Shown here: positions 13,701 to 28,256 of the stretch, one piece after another
Numbering within the stretch: position 1 is the stretch's first letter
Layout: every line of letters starts with the position of its first letter
Assembly: GCA_040954595.2 (NCBI GenBank)
Contig: CM082577.2
Span: 2,728,001 to 2,792,000 of the forward strand
Source of the DNA: Balanoglossus misakiensis
Lineage: Eukaryota; Animalia; Hemichordata
DNA length: 64,000 nucleotides
Direction: 5' to 3'
Translations under genes and position numbers: made by a program
The notes under the pieces: generated by a model
Seen by the model: the letters and a program-made list of their open reading frames with translations, nothing else
Told to the model about the DNA's origin: nothing
Databases searched by the model: none

Positions 13701-14559
13701 TGACACAAATTATCACGACATTTCCGATTTAAAATGTAAAGAATCGCGCCATATTTATCTAAGCCACTTAGCAGGCCGTGCGTGTATGTGGCTGTACGTG
13801 TGAATAATGCATTTCACTTTCTCTTATTCACATATTGTAAAATTCCATTACGACTGCTAATGTTTCTTGAAAGCTTTTAGCCGAAAGCTCCGACGATTGC
13901 TAAGTGTTGGAACATGTTGGGTGAATGTCAGTTTTTTCTACTCGCATTGTGAGAGAACCAACGACTTTTCGCCGGATTATTGTGTAAATTGGCCATGAGG
14001 TATGTTTATACATTGCATATGCGCGGACCTGATCTTTAGTTTTCCTTTTGTTACCCAAATGAACACTTCGGTGCACAGAAAAACAGTTATTTAGTTTAAT
14101 ATATCCATAGAAATGCCCACTTCAAGAAATATGAAAAAATAGAGGCATTAATGCCTGGTGGTGGAGAGTTTAGAAAATATACATTCCATTCTGGGTTTTT
14201 TTCTTCTTCTGAGAATTGCATTCCCTCGCGTGAGAACACGTCTCCGATACACGACGTGATTATCCATAAGACGCCTGCAGAACATTTGTCAACACTGTCA
14301 AAGGAAATATGAAAGGAAAATTGGCGTTCGTCAGGTTCACGCACACATGACTTGAATAAATAAGGAAGAACGGAACTGTGTTCCAGAATGTTCTGAAATC
14401 GCCTCCCTTTTCAACTAATGTAATTTTAAAATGATCTACGCACACGTTCTAAGAAATAGTGGTTAGTGCCGTGACGCTGTTCACACAAAAATCCGCAGTC
14501 CGTACAGCGAGCTGTGTTGTAATCGACAATGGGGTATCGTCCTTATTTAAACCATCGAG

Positions 14560-14643
14560 ATAGTCCAGACTCGTGTGTGTGTTTTCGCTATGCTCTATGT
14601 GTGGAGCATAGAGAAAAACACACGAGGCTGGATTCTAGACTAT
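14560..14643. mobile_element. 84-bp palindromic MITE-like insertion with 9-bp target-site duplication
   Basis: Termini are ATAGTC...GACTAT, and the internal arms TCCAG-CTCGTGTG-TTTTC-CTATGCTC pair with GAGCATAG-GAAAA-CACACGAG-CTGGA. The direct repeat ACCATCGAG flanks it exactly (14551-14559 and 14644-14652). Confidence 0.75.
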
Positions 14644-17600
14644 ACCATCGAGGCAACCCGCAGCGCACTATAGAAACACTGATGCAGGTACGCATGCAAA
14701 ACTAGGATTCCTCGCATGCGCAAACATACACAGTCCTCGAAATCGAGGGGTTATTCTTGATCGATGTCAGTCAGGGAACACGAAATGTATTAATTAAACA
14801 CAACCCTTCTGGCCACAGCGGCTTATGGCCGTTCCAAATCACAATTCGCAAGTCGTGACCCGTGCTTCTGCCTTGTAGGACTCTACCCATACCTGCGGAA
14901 TAGATTAGGTAGCGGATTGACAGTCCACGGACAACATGCCCATATAGCACTCATTGGACGCCGGCGGACAGATAGCTTTTGTAAGACACCATGTGTTCAT
15001 TATTGAATTTTTTTATTCGGTTTAATTTCCGCTCGTTTCATTTTGTTATAAGAGATAATAAAGGATGTTGTTGTGCCGGTCGTGTGATGAATTCTTAAAA
15101 TGCGCGTTTTAGAGGCCGTTGTTTATTTTATCCTTATTGTTTATACTAACTCGCCATTTGGCTGACATCTTTCGGAAAATTGCTGTCACGAATATATTAG
15201 TAGTATTTGTGTTACACATACCTCGCAAAATTTTTCCTGTGTCTCAGTAGTCTACAAAGGAATTCTACACATAGACTCATTAAATACAAAAGCACTTTGC
15301 GCTGGAGTGAAGCTAAATACTATGCGCACACCGGCGCGGTGTCACACGTCTAATACTCGGCAAAATAAGTTGAATTGAATGAAAAAAAGACTTCCTCGAG
15401 TCATAAAAGAGCAACATCTGATCCCATAGGGTCGACAGACTCGGATGCCAAGCCCTTCATCCGCTGCAGAAATACTGCAGACATTTTACTATGAATCACT
15501 GAAAGCGGGGAATTCTGCCTTGCAAAGCCTATGTTCCTATTACTATAATATTGGGACACATAGAAAGAAAACATTTCTCTTTGTGATTTTAAAAAAACAT
15601 GGTGTCATGGGATTCCCATAAAAGCATCAATGGAATTTGTAGATGATTTAGCACATCGATTCGACAGTTGTATGCAACACGTTTTATTGACATGGTCATT
15701 AGTAATATTTCCGCATCAGGCCGCTCTTTCCGTGTTGAGAATTTTGTTGGAGAACTCTCTCGTATGTAATAAGAAGGGAGATGTACGTATCAAATTTAGT
15801 TTTCACTTTCACTTTGCATGTGTGGCACATCCGCTTTAGTTGGTGAGCGGGGAATAATTGCAAGCCACGGACCGAAGGGTCACCTGCCGAGTCGTTTAAA
15901 CGTACGTGGTATAGATTTTTCCAGTCGCATGCTAAACAGCCGCGAACTGAAGCTCGAATTAACACTTCATCTTTGGGCAATGTAGATATTCGGTATCGAT
16001 CCGGAGGCGGGGGATTTTCAGCAGGAGGCGACAGAGCGGTTAGGTATTTCAGTTCCAGTCCAGGTGTCGGGTGGCTGTGGCTTGAATAATTAATGCTAAT
16101 TTGCAAAATTGTTGATTCAGGCGTCAGATATTCCCATAACGACTGTACCAGATCTGATGACCCTTACTACAGATATCATAACGTGATATGATATCGCAGA
16201 AAGACATTAGCAGTGTCGTGTCGTGTCAATCGTTCATTTGCTGATATCTTGGTTACTTTGACTTCCAACAGCGAGGAGCTAGATTGCACTTGGACAAGCA
16301 TCCAGCACAGGCACCTGAAGATGTCGAACGGTCTCTGTAGTATGCTAATTACTACTAGTGACCATTTTTTATATAGTATACTACAGATATTTGGCTCTTC
16401 AGGCACCTGTGGCAACAAGCAAGGCCGCGGCTGGGACAAGTACATTATACACAGTCACGTACGTGGTCATACACTTCCTTCTTAGAATAAATGCTTCGCG
16501 AGAGGCACTCTTAGGTCACCCGAGGAGATAAATTAATTACAGTTAAAGACGTCTCGTCCTGCGGGATTTTGACGAATTACCGCCGTGAGTAGCGCCCATC
16601 AGCTATCGTGATCACTTAGCATCTTGTGGGGATTTGGACGTCGCGATCGTGATGATGAATAATCGCAGGATCTCGCGATAACAAAATGTGAACACGGCGC
16701 GGGACGGGCCCGCTCTACTCCATCAAAATGAGCACTGTCAGACATCTTCGCCCGCCGAGTTCTTGCCCTCTTCGTTAAGGAAACTGTGGTCGAGCCAACG
16801 ACCAGAGTGCGAGCGTGTCAGTCTACATATCTTCTGAACAACCCGTTGCTGTCAACTTTGTTTCAATTGGGAGATTTCCCCCAGCGGTGTTGATATGTAT
16901 TTTCAATTTTCCAAGGAGACGGAAAAATGTATATATGCGCTGCCTCCTTACCGGTGATTTCGCGCCCGAACGATAACCAAGCAGCCACGCACAGTTTTCT
17001 CGGATTCCCATTCTTACGGAAATTATTAGCGACAGCTGCAGCATCTGGGTTTAGTATGATAGGATTCAGTTGTTGAAAAGGCGGTGACGTGTTAATATAA
17101 TTTCTCAGTCTATTTTATGCGAGGCATCCACTTGAATGGATACCCGATGCCCTCTTAAAGCTCAGATGAATAAACGCGCGTATTTTACTGAAGTCCCAGT
17201 CGAGTTATCTTTGTGCAGTTTTTCTTTCACAAGACATGCTCGCATTTTGCCCTCATTGCTTGTAAATTACTCATCTTAAAAGCCCCGGCCCAGTAACTTT
17301 TTAGTATTTTTAAAAAGATTACATTCTGTAATGCTTTTTTGTAGGTGTTTTGCATCGACGTGACTATTTTCAGCATGAGCTGAAAAGTGGGACCTTAATG
17401 CAATAGGCACCCAAATGCAATCAACGGAAGAGGAATTCAGCGATTCGTAAATTGTGGATTTCATTTTCCTTTAACCTTAGCCGAGCATGTCAGGATCACA
17501 GAAATTTAATCACTTTGCGTAGTTACACATACTTCTGAGAAAAGCGGCGGTACACACAATAGCGCGGGCAGCGATTCTTCCGAAACATTTAACGATAGCG

Positions 17601-20600
17601 AACGGTTAGGGGCATAAAAGGTACTTTCGTTCAAATTGAAGCCACGCTTCTCCAAAGTGCAACTGATTAGAGAACGCGGAACGCTCTAATACGCCGACGT
17701 ATCACTGCCGCCAATTTACCGCTCACTGAAAGGTGACATTGTTCCGCGACTTTTCACATCTACCGCGTTAAAGTCGGAATTGGATTTTTCCGTCTGGGAT
17801 GGAGTAACGATTTATAGGTGTCCGTGACACAACGCCATTTCGAATTACTTTTATTAACTAATAGCGCGAGTTATGATCTCAGTGGCCGGTATAGGCGCTT
17901 TAACGATCCGACGCTGAACGGCTGGCGGGTTATTTGCTCTGTGAGCACATCTTGTATCATACTTTCCTATTCACCATACAGTAACAAACATGACCTCATA
18001 CTTTTCAAGTAGACGTCTGCAATGTTTTGTAATTGTTTTGTATGGATCATGCATTGAGTCTCCCTCAAGCAGTTTATGTTGTTTAATCGTAGGATAGAAG
18101 ACTTAAATGACACTTAATGCTACTATCAAAGCTAAAATCAGCCGAAGAACAAGAACTTGCATTGATGTGGCCGTATGTTTTAAAAGACCTATCAGCTATG
18201 ATAAATGCACTTACCGTCGTCGCGTATCAATCATATTGTTTTTAATAAAAATTTCTTCATAGTTCACGTGACCGAAACCCGTGCTTCGAATGAAATCGAT
18301 TTTTTTCCATGCTGCATGAATGTAACTCAGGCCATGCATATATCCGCCGGGAACGGAATAACAGAGTAGTTTATATAGTTTGTTTGATGGTGCAGATCTC
18401 AAGACGCTGCTGCGGTTAGGAGATATCGATTAAGTGAGTGATAGCCGTGTTTGAAAGAGACAGCTCGTAAATTTCGTCCGCATTTTGTCCCCGTTTGGGT
18501 ACGTGACGTCATCTTTTGAAAAACCGACGGCTCAGACTGACGACTCGATTTTTTTTCATACTTCCAGGGCTGTGGGGATATGTTTAAATTACACGTGGTA
18601 GCGATTTCTCCTTTCAAGATTTTGCCGTCTTTGAATTCCGCCATACCATAATGGATCGTGTTCATCGGCGTAAGTATTAATATGCTTACTGACAGAGGGA
18701 TTGAATACTAGTGCATGTATCCCTTTTTCCACTATGAACTCCAGCTTTCAAACTCGATCCGATACTTAAAATGGCTTATGTAGAAAATAAAAAAAACGCT
18801 GCGATAGTAATCTCACTCCTATCTGCAAATATTCAGTGATGTTGCTTTTTACAAGAGACATATAATAAAACGTTAAATCATAAATATGGAACCCCACCCA
18901 ACCAGTAATTTTGATAAGATCTTTGGTGATTTGGACCTCAAAAACGAAGTATATGTATCTATAGACATGTACACGATACTAGTATTTAAACGCTGGACTA
19001 GGATTGGAGCTCCAGCTCTGAGTCTGGGCACCGGGGCGTTGAACCTTCGTGTAATGGGAGATTTAGCTGGAGTACAGGAGTTTGACTCATTGAATGAAGC
19101 AATGACGCAAATGCGCGATAGCGTGCATATAGAACGCTGCTTCCGCGAATCTAAAGCAATCAGTCGCGGCGACCCAGACAGGAAATTGGTTGTACGCACG
19201 CGCCTGTGTACATCAACCATCATGCATTAGCGATATTAGATCTTCTGCAGCGATAACTTCGCTTTAAGTGATTTGCGCAAATTCGTGGATAGCTCCAGGG
19301 GATGGGTGAGGGAGGCACAAATGAATTCAAACGTTGGAAGTGATACCCAACTGGGCCCGGCAAATCAGCTTGAAAAAGAAATCGGAAAGTGTCCAGCGTG
19401 CGAAGTGAATTAACAGTCATATTGGTGAACTCCACTGGGAGATACGTTCCTGTTTCACTATCAACCGATTATTTCCCGTCATCAGATTTGATGGAGTGAC
19501 CTTATAAAATGCATCTTCAAATGATATTCTTTGGCTCTAATTCACAAGGACATTTCCTGTTGGACCTGTTTTTTACTTTACGAGAACGTGCTTGTGTGCA
19601 TGTCCAGTAGAGCGAAGTCCTCAGATGGTGCAAGCTTGGTAATCTCGTTTCACAAAAACTGTGTATTCAATAATTTATGGAACTACTTTGTCCTTTTTGT
19701 AATTTCGCGTGTTATGCCTTCAAGGTGAAAGCAATGCCCATACAAAGGGCAGTTGCAGTTCAGAATTTTCTCGATGGTCCCCCAGATTAAAGCTCCACAT
19801 TCACCCGTAGAAGCCGTTAGCGTTGTCTAACAATTTAAATCATTCGGTATCGCCTTAAAACATATACCACAAAGAGGAGCAAACAGTATGTATGACATCT
19901 GTCGTCTCTTCATCTCGTGGGCTCAAGTTACCGCCACAATCCCGGATGTCGTCAGATGCCTGCGTATACCATTAAGTAACACTGTAACCCAATAGTCATG
20001 TTATACTGCACCTTACCAACAAACACCACCTGTGTCCAAGACGTAATGGCGCCCCTTAGAGTCTAATTTCCGAGGATATACACGGAGTACTGTTGTTTTT
20101 CAAAAGTGTAATTAATTGCACGGCGAAATATGAGTCGCCGTATCAGTATCGTCTGGCAGTCTGTCTGTCTTTCTCTAATCTTAGCCCTTGTATTCACCTG
20201 ATATATTCATCGAGCGCAGCGACTGGTAATCTCGGACGATTTTGGTGGATCTGGGGCTTCGTGTCCCTTGCAACAGGTGAAACACAGAAAGCATGCTTTT
20301 AGTAGATGCAAAATCCTTAAAATTTATAACCGACAGTATAGAAAAACCGGAACTGGCACTTAATCACGATTCCCTGCAGCAGGTGACGAGGAAACCCGGG
20401 GAATCCATTTGCCATCGTGATATATGGAATGGACCAGAGGGAGCCTGCCCGGATTTGCCGAAGATTAATGGGAGAGGGGGAAGTAATCAAGTGCCGCCGT
20501 GCGTGCAACAGGTGGTCGAGACTCGCTCGCTGGAACGAATCATTAATTCAAGAAGCAGCATCAGTTTTAAGTCTCATTTATTTTAACCACATTTTGGTAG

Positions 20601-23600
20601 ATTTATACAAGTCACCGACTGGGGAAGAATAAAGCATGCTATGAAACATTCATTATCGGATCGTATAGTATCGTATCCTATGGATTTCTCCGCGACACGG
20701 TTTTAATTTATTGTAGCGGTGGAGGGACAGGAATGATGATGTTTTATGACGTTGATACATTGCTTTGAGTTTCACTGTTGAATCATATGAAATCCCCGGA
20801 TGAAATCGCGGTGGTTAACATTCACTCTGTAGCGAAATCTCCAAGCATCTCATCTCATTTACTGCCATGCATCAGTTATGACCGCGAGTTACACAGCCGT
20901 GAGCACAGCGACCAAGACGCCCACGCTCACAGTCAGCATGGTCAGAGGCTATCAGAGAAGAGAATTCGAATCGCGAAATGAATAAATACAGTGCATTTGA
21001 TTGAAAAGGGTTGCTGTTCATGAGCGCGGCTGTATGCCATTCTGATAGTCGCGCGCATCTGTCTTTCTAAACGGTCTGTTTCTGCATCCGGTTTATTAAA
21101 TCACGTCACGTGACCTGTTCTCGTTTCGTTTCAGCCACCGACAGACATGCCCTCCCAATTTTCCAATCGAACGTAGTTATGCAGATTCACGCCAATTTTC
21201 CATCGAAGCTATATGACGGGAAAATTGGTCTGTACCAGATGGAAATTTCAATGCAGACGGCAGAATCTGAACAACTGTCCGTGGGCATGCAATCTGTCGC
21301 AATCTGCGCATTCAGTCATGCGAGAACCAGAGACTGATGACTGGAAACCTAAACGTCTAGAGTCTGCAATTTTCTTCTCGTATTATACTTTTTAAAGATC
21401 AGTACTTTGTATTCTGACCTCTGGCAGCAAAGTGCCATGCATATGACAAGCGAGTGAATTGTATTGAATCATGCATGGAAATTTTATGTTGGATATTTTT
21501 TTAAGTGGAGATCGTCTCTTCATTCCTGATGTGTCGGTGGAGTGTGGTGCGTGAGGTTCTGGAGGTGAAACTCGGACCCAGTCGAGTTTGTACTATAACG
21601 AGTGCATCACGAATGTTCTGGAAAAGTAAGATGATACACCTGGTCTACTACAAGTAAACAGCGGCGATGTACGTGTAGTATGGAAACCAACGGAGTATAT
21701 GTTGACATATCTAGTGTTTATAGCCATTCACATAACTTAAACTAACGGAACAGCACGAACTGAACAAACTATACCGCGGTCCTCTGGGCAAAACCATGCG
21801 TGCACATGCGCACTCTCGTACCCACCCAGCGTGTAATCATCCTCGGTAATCCATGATTCGCAAATGTCCCTCGGTGAAACTGTCGAAGTCTACATTTCGC
21901 AGCGGGCTAACCTTCCTGTTCAATTACCGCCATAGATTGACGATTGACGAACCCGAAGCCTTGGGAAATCAACGATTTAAGTTTAAAACTTGTCTGGTTT
22001 CGATTATATTAAAAGTTGACTCCATGTCCGACGGGGATAAATTGATTGCATGTCATTATTTGAACTGTACAGCAGCACATGTCATCCGAATCACTGTGTT
22101 TGGAAATGCTATGGGTCCTATGTTCTCTGGAACATATGTAAAACGTTGTTTAATTTGTGATCGGGGGAAGGGTGGTGTTTCTTCGTCAATGGATTTTCGC
22201 GCTTTGGCGGAAACCGAACACAACGGCAGTTCTTTCTGATTGGACCTCTTGTTACTGACCTCATTTTTTCTGAAGTTCATCCGCCGACGTCAACATTTAC
22301 AATTTATATGTCGTCGGTTGGTGAAACCATGGAGGTAGAAGCGAGTCACTATCTCTGTGAGCTCCACAACGCGAATTCCAGTATTAGTATATTATATATT
22401 AAGTATTATATATCCAACATTATATATCCAGTCCTGATCTTCACACACAATGCACGAACGATGTGCATCTATCTGATCCGGAAGTCCGACTGTCGAATTC
22501 TTGGAAGACTCGTTCTGCTGAAATAAGCTTCTTGTGAGAAGATTAAGTATATCTAAGGACACGTGGGTTAAAAGATCTACATCTTCCCTGGGACCGTGAT
22601 CTTCCCAAGGGAGTTCTCCGGTTTTGTTACAGTAAGATGAATCCGTATTTCACACCAGTAAGAACAGGTTTTCTTTCAAGTTTTCAACACATGTGTTTGA
22701 ACACATCCCGCGGCCCTTTATCACAGCTGATACGCTACCTTCACAAACACCCCGGCCTTCCCCAACAGATAATTGACACGGTTAAAAGAAATCTACACCA
22801 TCACGGCCGCCCCAGCATGGGCACGAACGCCCCAAGCCTGCGCATCCACTCATCAAAACACGATGCAGTTGATATTTTCACATCATGGACGTCCATGGAA
22901 TGTTCAATCGACAAAATGGAAACATGCTGGTTTATTTTTTTTCTGTTGCTTTGGCAACGGTGCGTGCATAATGAAATAACCAGGTCCAAACATGGAGCTA
23001 CCGTGGTCCAAGAAACAATTAGAAAACGACAATTACAAAGGGGTAGTATTTAATCATTGCTAACCGGCGGTACCAGGTGTCCGGAATGAGGAAGTACATG
23101 TACCTGTATTCCTACATCCGTCAAGATAGTGACAAATTTTATGAGATTTAGGCTAAGCTGCCAACAAATTACTGCTGTGTGCCAAAGCCAGGTAGACTGT
23201 CACTCATCATTATAGTAACACACCGTGTCATTTATTTGGACACAACATGCATCTCTATATCCAGCATGGAACCTCTTAACTAACTAATCTACCTTCTAAT
23301 AATCCCTGTCGCACTTTGATAATGCCTTTTAAGCTGCGTCTCGCTTGAAAGTTTTAATATAATGAATCATAAGCCCTCCCGTATATCCCAGGGGTTGTAA
23401 AATGTAAACACCACTAAGCTGAGGCCGGTGGAATATTTGCCGGACTAGTAGGGAAAATTCATGATCCAAAAATTTAACCGTCTCTCTTGTCATGCAACTT
23501 AGTATAATACAGCGTATTTGCATAATTACGAAGAATATATCGAGGCATTGTGCCGAGTCTGCAATGTCTGTAGTTTTTTTAAAAGGCGATTGCAATCCTT

Positions 23601-24180
23601 CAGGTGGTGTTGCTGCATCCGTCTGGCCCAAATAAGAGTCAGTCTAAAAGTGCTGAGGCATCATTCACTGCAGCAGAAGAGAGGCATTGATTTCATCGCA
23701 TAACACGCATGCTCACAACAAATAAGGAGGATGCCAGGCTGGGAGGATGCGGAAGATTTCATGTCCACGTGATTTAAATTGGCATTTTTCAACTGGGAAG
23801 CCCTGACTTTAACAAGTCATAAAACCCAGGTTTCACAACTGGCTGATTGCGCCATTTCGATGACAATTCGGACCTTTATAAGCGGATGCTTAATTCGCTA
23901 ATAGAGCCTGCCGGATGTCGCACAGAATGCATGCATGACAGCCTGCCTATATATTAGATTTTACATAACTTGCCCAGGTGCCTATTAACACATGGCTCAT
24001 TTCCAGGCACGAATAATCTTGCTGGTACTGACTCGGTGCGTCTTACGTGACCCATTGGGGGGGGGGGGGGGGCACTCAGAAAGTACTGTTTGTTTGTTAG
24101 TTTATTATTTATTGTTATTTATTCGTTTGTGTATTTATTTATTTTTGTTTATTTACACACATACACATGAAGCAATGAGA

Positions 24181-24208
24181 AGTAAAGTGCCCTGCTCACG
24201 GGCACAAC
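24181..24208 (-). mobile_element. Short fragment resembling the CORE-type SINE central motif
   Basis: The reverse complement GTTGTGCCCGTGAGCAGGGCACTTTACT resembles the conserved GTG-CCTTG-GCAAG-CACTT motif of MIR/CORE-type SINEs. The match is short. Confidence 0.35.
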
Positions 24209-27200
24209 ATCAAGGACATTTACAGCGAAGTTTAATTCCCTTTTCTACACCAGTGGAGTGTATTATTAATGTGAGTTCTGTGAAGAGTAGCCTACAGTCA
24301 GAGGGATACTCGACCTTTTGATTTGACAAATCCAGTCTGCTTATGACGCGGTGAAATTTGACCTGAGATTATCGTATACTTACTGCCGACCTCTGTTAGC
24401 CTATCTGTGAAGATAAAAACTTGTGTCGATGGAACGCTGATGGCTGTCTTCAAAAAACCTTTCACATGATGCTTTGTATGCATGTACGACATCAGTGTGT
24501 GTTTTAAAAAAAGTATCACGACTGAAAAATAAGCATTTCTGCGTGTTTGGTGTTGTACTTGTAACGAAAACAACACCCACACAGTGCGTTTCCCTGGAGC
24601 CAGGCACTCTACCTGTTAATTTTATCGATGTTCACGAATGACGGTTTAATATTTTTTTATTTGCGTAGTGAGTTGCAGCCATCTCATTAAGAAAATAGTG
24701 ATATATTAAACATTCCACTTCGAGGCATTCAATTTTAATGTCTTGATAGCCTAATCAAAGTTACACTGTAAAATAAAGATTCTATCGCACAGTTTCCGCG
24801 CAGCTATGTTACTGCGCCTGCTCAGGTGATTCTCCATTGAAATCGTGATCCCTTAGATGCAATAATTGTAATGGTTCTTGTTCGCTAAATCTGTCATGGG
24901 GGAGATTTTCCTGTTTCCAGCCAAAAAGGCAGCTTGGACAAAATGGCGAGGGCGCGGGGTGGTTTTCAAAAACAAAAATTGAGACGGCACGAGGCGTCTG
25001 TAAATGTAAACAAATGATCAGTGTTTCGCAAGCCCCTGCACTGTTCGAACTGTCATTTCATCAAAACCGTCGAATATGCGCAGCGGCGCTGAAGAAGCAA
25101 TCGATAGAGGTTAATTGTGTTGCATGCATGTTCTTGAAGTGCGCGGCAAAGGACATCGTTCATCAATAAACGAGGGTCTATATTTAGAATGCAACACTGG
25201 CAAAGTCTACCTTCCAGCCAACATAAGACGAATCACGCGAAATAACATTAAAATGGCGTGATAGTGAATTGTGCGCTGAAGGAATCCAGACAGGATGAAA
25301 AGTCTCATAAATCTTGGTATATGCCATCACGCTTCACGATCCTTGATACCGTGCAGAGAAAGCGAACTATCTGCATGCTTCTGTCGTGTGTCTAATATTA
25401 TGACATGTGTCTATAGTATCGCCCTATGTTCGCTTCTGTGCCAGCCGCTGACGCATGCGCCCGAGATTTTTTGATTTACGGAAGAAGAAATATCGCGCGA
25501 TACAGCAGAGCCGCGTGTCTCCGGAAACGCTGTTGATTATATCGGGGTTTATTCCGATAACACACGCCGAATTAGAAATAAGTGGACGTGGGAACGGAAC
25601 GATCTCAACCGTCCGTGTGGAGACGGAATTGCCAAGTCGTGTCCATCCAGTGCCATACCCGGGAGCCAGCAGCTGCATTCTCATCAAAGGCCGTCTCAGC
25701 AGATTCCATGGTATAGTCGAAGCGTCTGTTCGTGAAACTAAAGCGATTAAGGTATGGGTGGACATCACCTGTGTATCGCTAGTCCATTGTGGGTTTGATG
25801 GCAGCATAATTTTTGTTTGCTCTCATTCTGTACTTTGAAATTTTAGTTTAGAAAAACCTACATACATACCTACCTACCTAGATACATAGTTTACATACAC
25901 ACATACATACATGTTTAGATATAACGCATCCCTCGAGATGAATTATTTCTATCAATTATCACATTAGCTGACTTTAAGTACATGTACTGCGTTCATGGCG
26001 TTTGCTTCCCATAAAAGGCGGGAATATCACTAAACAACTCGGATTTTATGAATCGTTACTTCGATCGGTTGTAACTCAACATCTATCATTAAAGCTTGAC
26101 TTCAAGGCATTTTCTAGGTTTGTGACGTTAACGGCGATAGTGAATGTTGATTTAAGTATCGACAAACTTTGCCGTCTGTTAAACGCAGTGGGTGTTTATG
26201 CAACTTGAAGGACTACCTGTCTGGTCATGGATGGATTTTATGTAGCGATGGCCAAGCGTGACACGCCTTAGCTATCCACGACAACGGCATCTGATAAAAC
26301 AAACGGAAATAGACAGCACCCTTCTCCCACTATGTGCAGTATTAATTTACAGGGGTGGATTACCTGATATTAGTCACTGAATACTTCATTTGAAAGGAGC
26401 TGTTTCCTATCAAAGTATTAGCAGTATATCCAGGAGTGGATTATACGACCAGTTATACCTGCAAATTAATTCTCGGTGTGTTACAAGTTAACAGTATTGG
26501 CCCATAAATTTGCCTTTTGATTTGTCCGTCAAACACGCAAGTACATTGTATTAAGTGCATGTCACCCAATTTCATTTAGTATTCTACAGTAGTCTTCTAT
26601 CTCCGATTTACGTGAACACTTCGCAACGAATGCTCAAACGTCCGCATTCAACATTTGTGATAGATCAGTGAACCGCCCACCTTTTTTTTAATCGCCCAGT
26701 TTCGATTACCGAAGAAGGTCCACGTGAGGCACGGAACGCCGAATGATGTTTCATTTCGGTTTCAATTCAGCTTTTGACACGTGGATAAATTCGCTGTCGT
26801 ATACTCGTGTCGTGTGCTCGTTTGCTGTATCGCAGATAGTGGGCGGGCAGACAGCAGGTGAAAAGATAGCGGCCGATCCGCGGTATCTACCTCCGACTTG
26901 TAATCAGATCCGCGTACGGGCATTGGGGGAACCTCAGATCATTCGTACACTATTCAGGCGCCTTTTTACTCGATTAGCTTCGCCTTCCCGCGCTTCAGAG
27001 GCATCGGGCGGGCCGCTGCCAAATTGCCGTTTCGGGGGCTCAGTCGCCACCGATGAAACCCGAAGCTCGTTCCGGCCCCCTCCGGAATTGCGTCACCTCA
27101 CCAGCCTAGCCTCCCCCGGTTTTCTAAATTAAGCGCGCGATTAATTCCAACAAAAGAGAAACTCGGGGTTTTATTGTCCCCCGAAAGACGTCAGAACATC

Positions 27201-28187
27201 TCAGACGCTGTGAGTTGATATGTGTAAGTCGTGACCGGTGGCTTTCTTATTTTAGTTTAACGCGCACTCTCCAGCCTCGAGTGAACACTAGCATTACACA
27301 CCGAATGTATTAGATGGCTACCGAGAAAGGGTTTCAATAACTTGCCTGAAGCGATGCCCTGGTGAAGGATTCTACAAACCAAGTAATGAGAGAATGGCCT
27401 TAATTTAACCCATCGGCTTGCCAGCGAAATACTAACGTCAGTATCAGTTTTCAGTTCCAATTATCGCCACGGAGTCTAAAACCCGAGACTTATTCCTTGC
27501 AAAAAATGATAAATTCATCAAATACTTCGTTTCTCTTTTGGGCACTTTAAATAACCGACCTTAGGATTGCGTGACTTTAGGGAGAGGCCAGCTTCTCCCG
27601 CCGGGGGGGGGGGGGTACGTGATGGATTGGTGGTGAGATCTCCCAATATTTTGATAAATGCTCAATAGCGGGTCGATATTTTCAGTGTGTTTTTGAAAGT
27701 AAACTCTGATATACTTATATTACAAGAAATTCAGACCTGAAATTTGGACTGCATTTTCCAAAATGGTTTTTCTGATTGAGAGGTGTGGAAATACCAGTAT
27801 AATGTACTTTTAGGCAATTTTGCTATTTCAGTCTCAAAATAGGCCTAAGCTTATATCTCCGAAAGAGCTTACTGATTTTTTGAAATATGGTTTGCTGGTT
27901 TCTCAGTACTGATTTCTCCATTACAGTTATTCAAAATGGTTTAAACCATTAACAGGCTCGCATTTTGTCTCATATAATATTTATATTCAAGTGGTTGTTG
28001 CTTAAGGCTCCCTGATAGATGTAGGTCTGTGTAGGAAACTGATATCGTTTTGAGGTTAAATATACATGATATAAAACGGATATATTTTATATTTGCATGT
28101 TCTAATGCTTATCAAATAGGAGTGTAGTTTGTCTTGGCGTTGTGACTGCATCTCGTCAATACACTAACCGACCTTTGGGAAAATGTC

Positions 28188-28256
28188 TGGCTCGGTGGTT
28201 ACGCGCGCAGACTTCACCGCTACGTGTACGTACTGTACGTTCAAAGTTCGAATCCC
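28188..28256 (+). mobile_element. Degenerate tRNA-derived SINE head or tRNA pseudogene
   Basis: A-box-like TGGCTCGGTGG at 28188-28198 and B-box GTTCGAATCC at 28246-28255, at Pol III type-2 spacing. No convincing cloverleaf acceptor stem. Confidence 0.4.

Noticed and set aside
16153-21360. Isolated CTGATGA words (about 16154 and about 21334) as hammerhead or C/D-box cores
   Set aside because: There is no matching stem II with a GAAA core, and no terminal stem.
18873-27132. Intergenic ORFs of 100-140 aa (for example 18886-19230, 21853-22239, 22637-23053, 25455-25838, 26743-27132)
   Set aside because: They show no recognisable domains, coding-like composition or consistent splice sites, and are within chance expectation.
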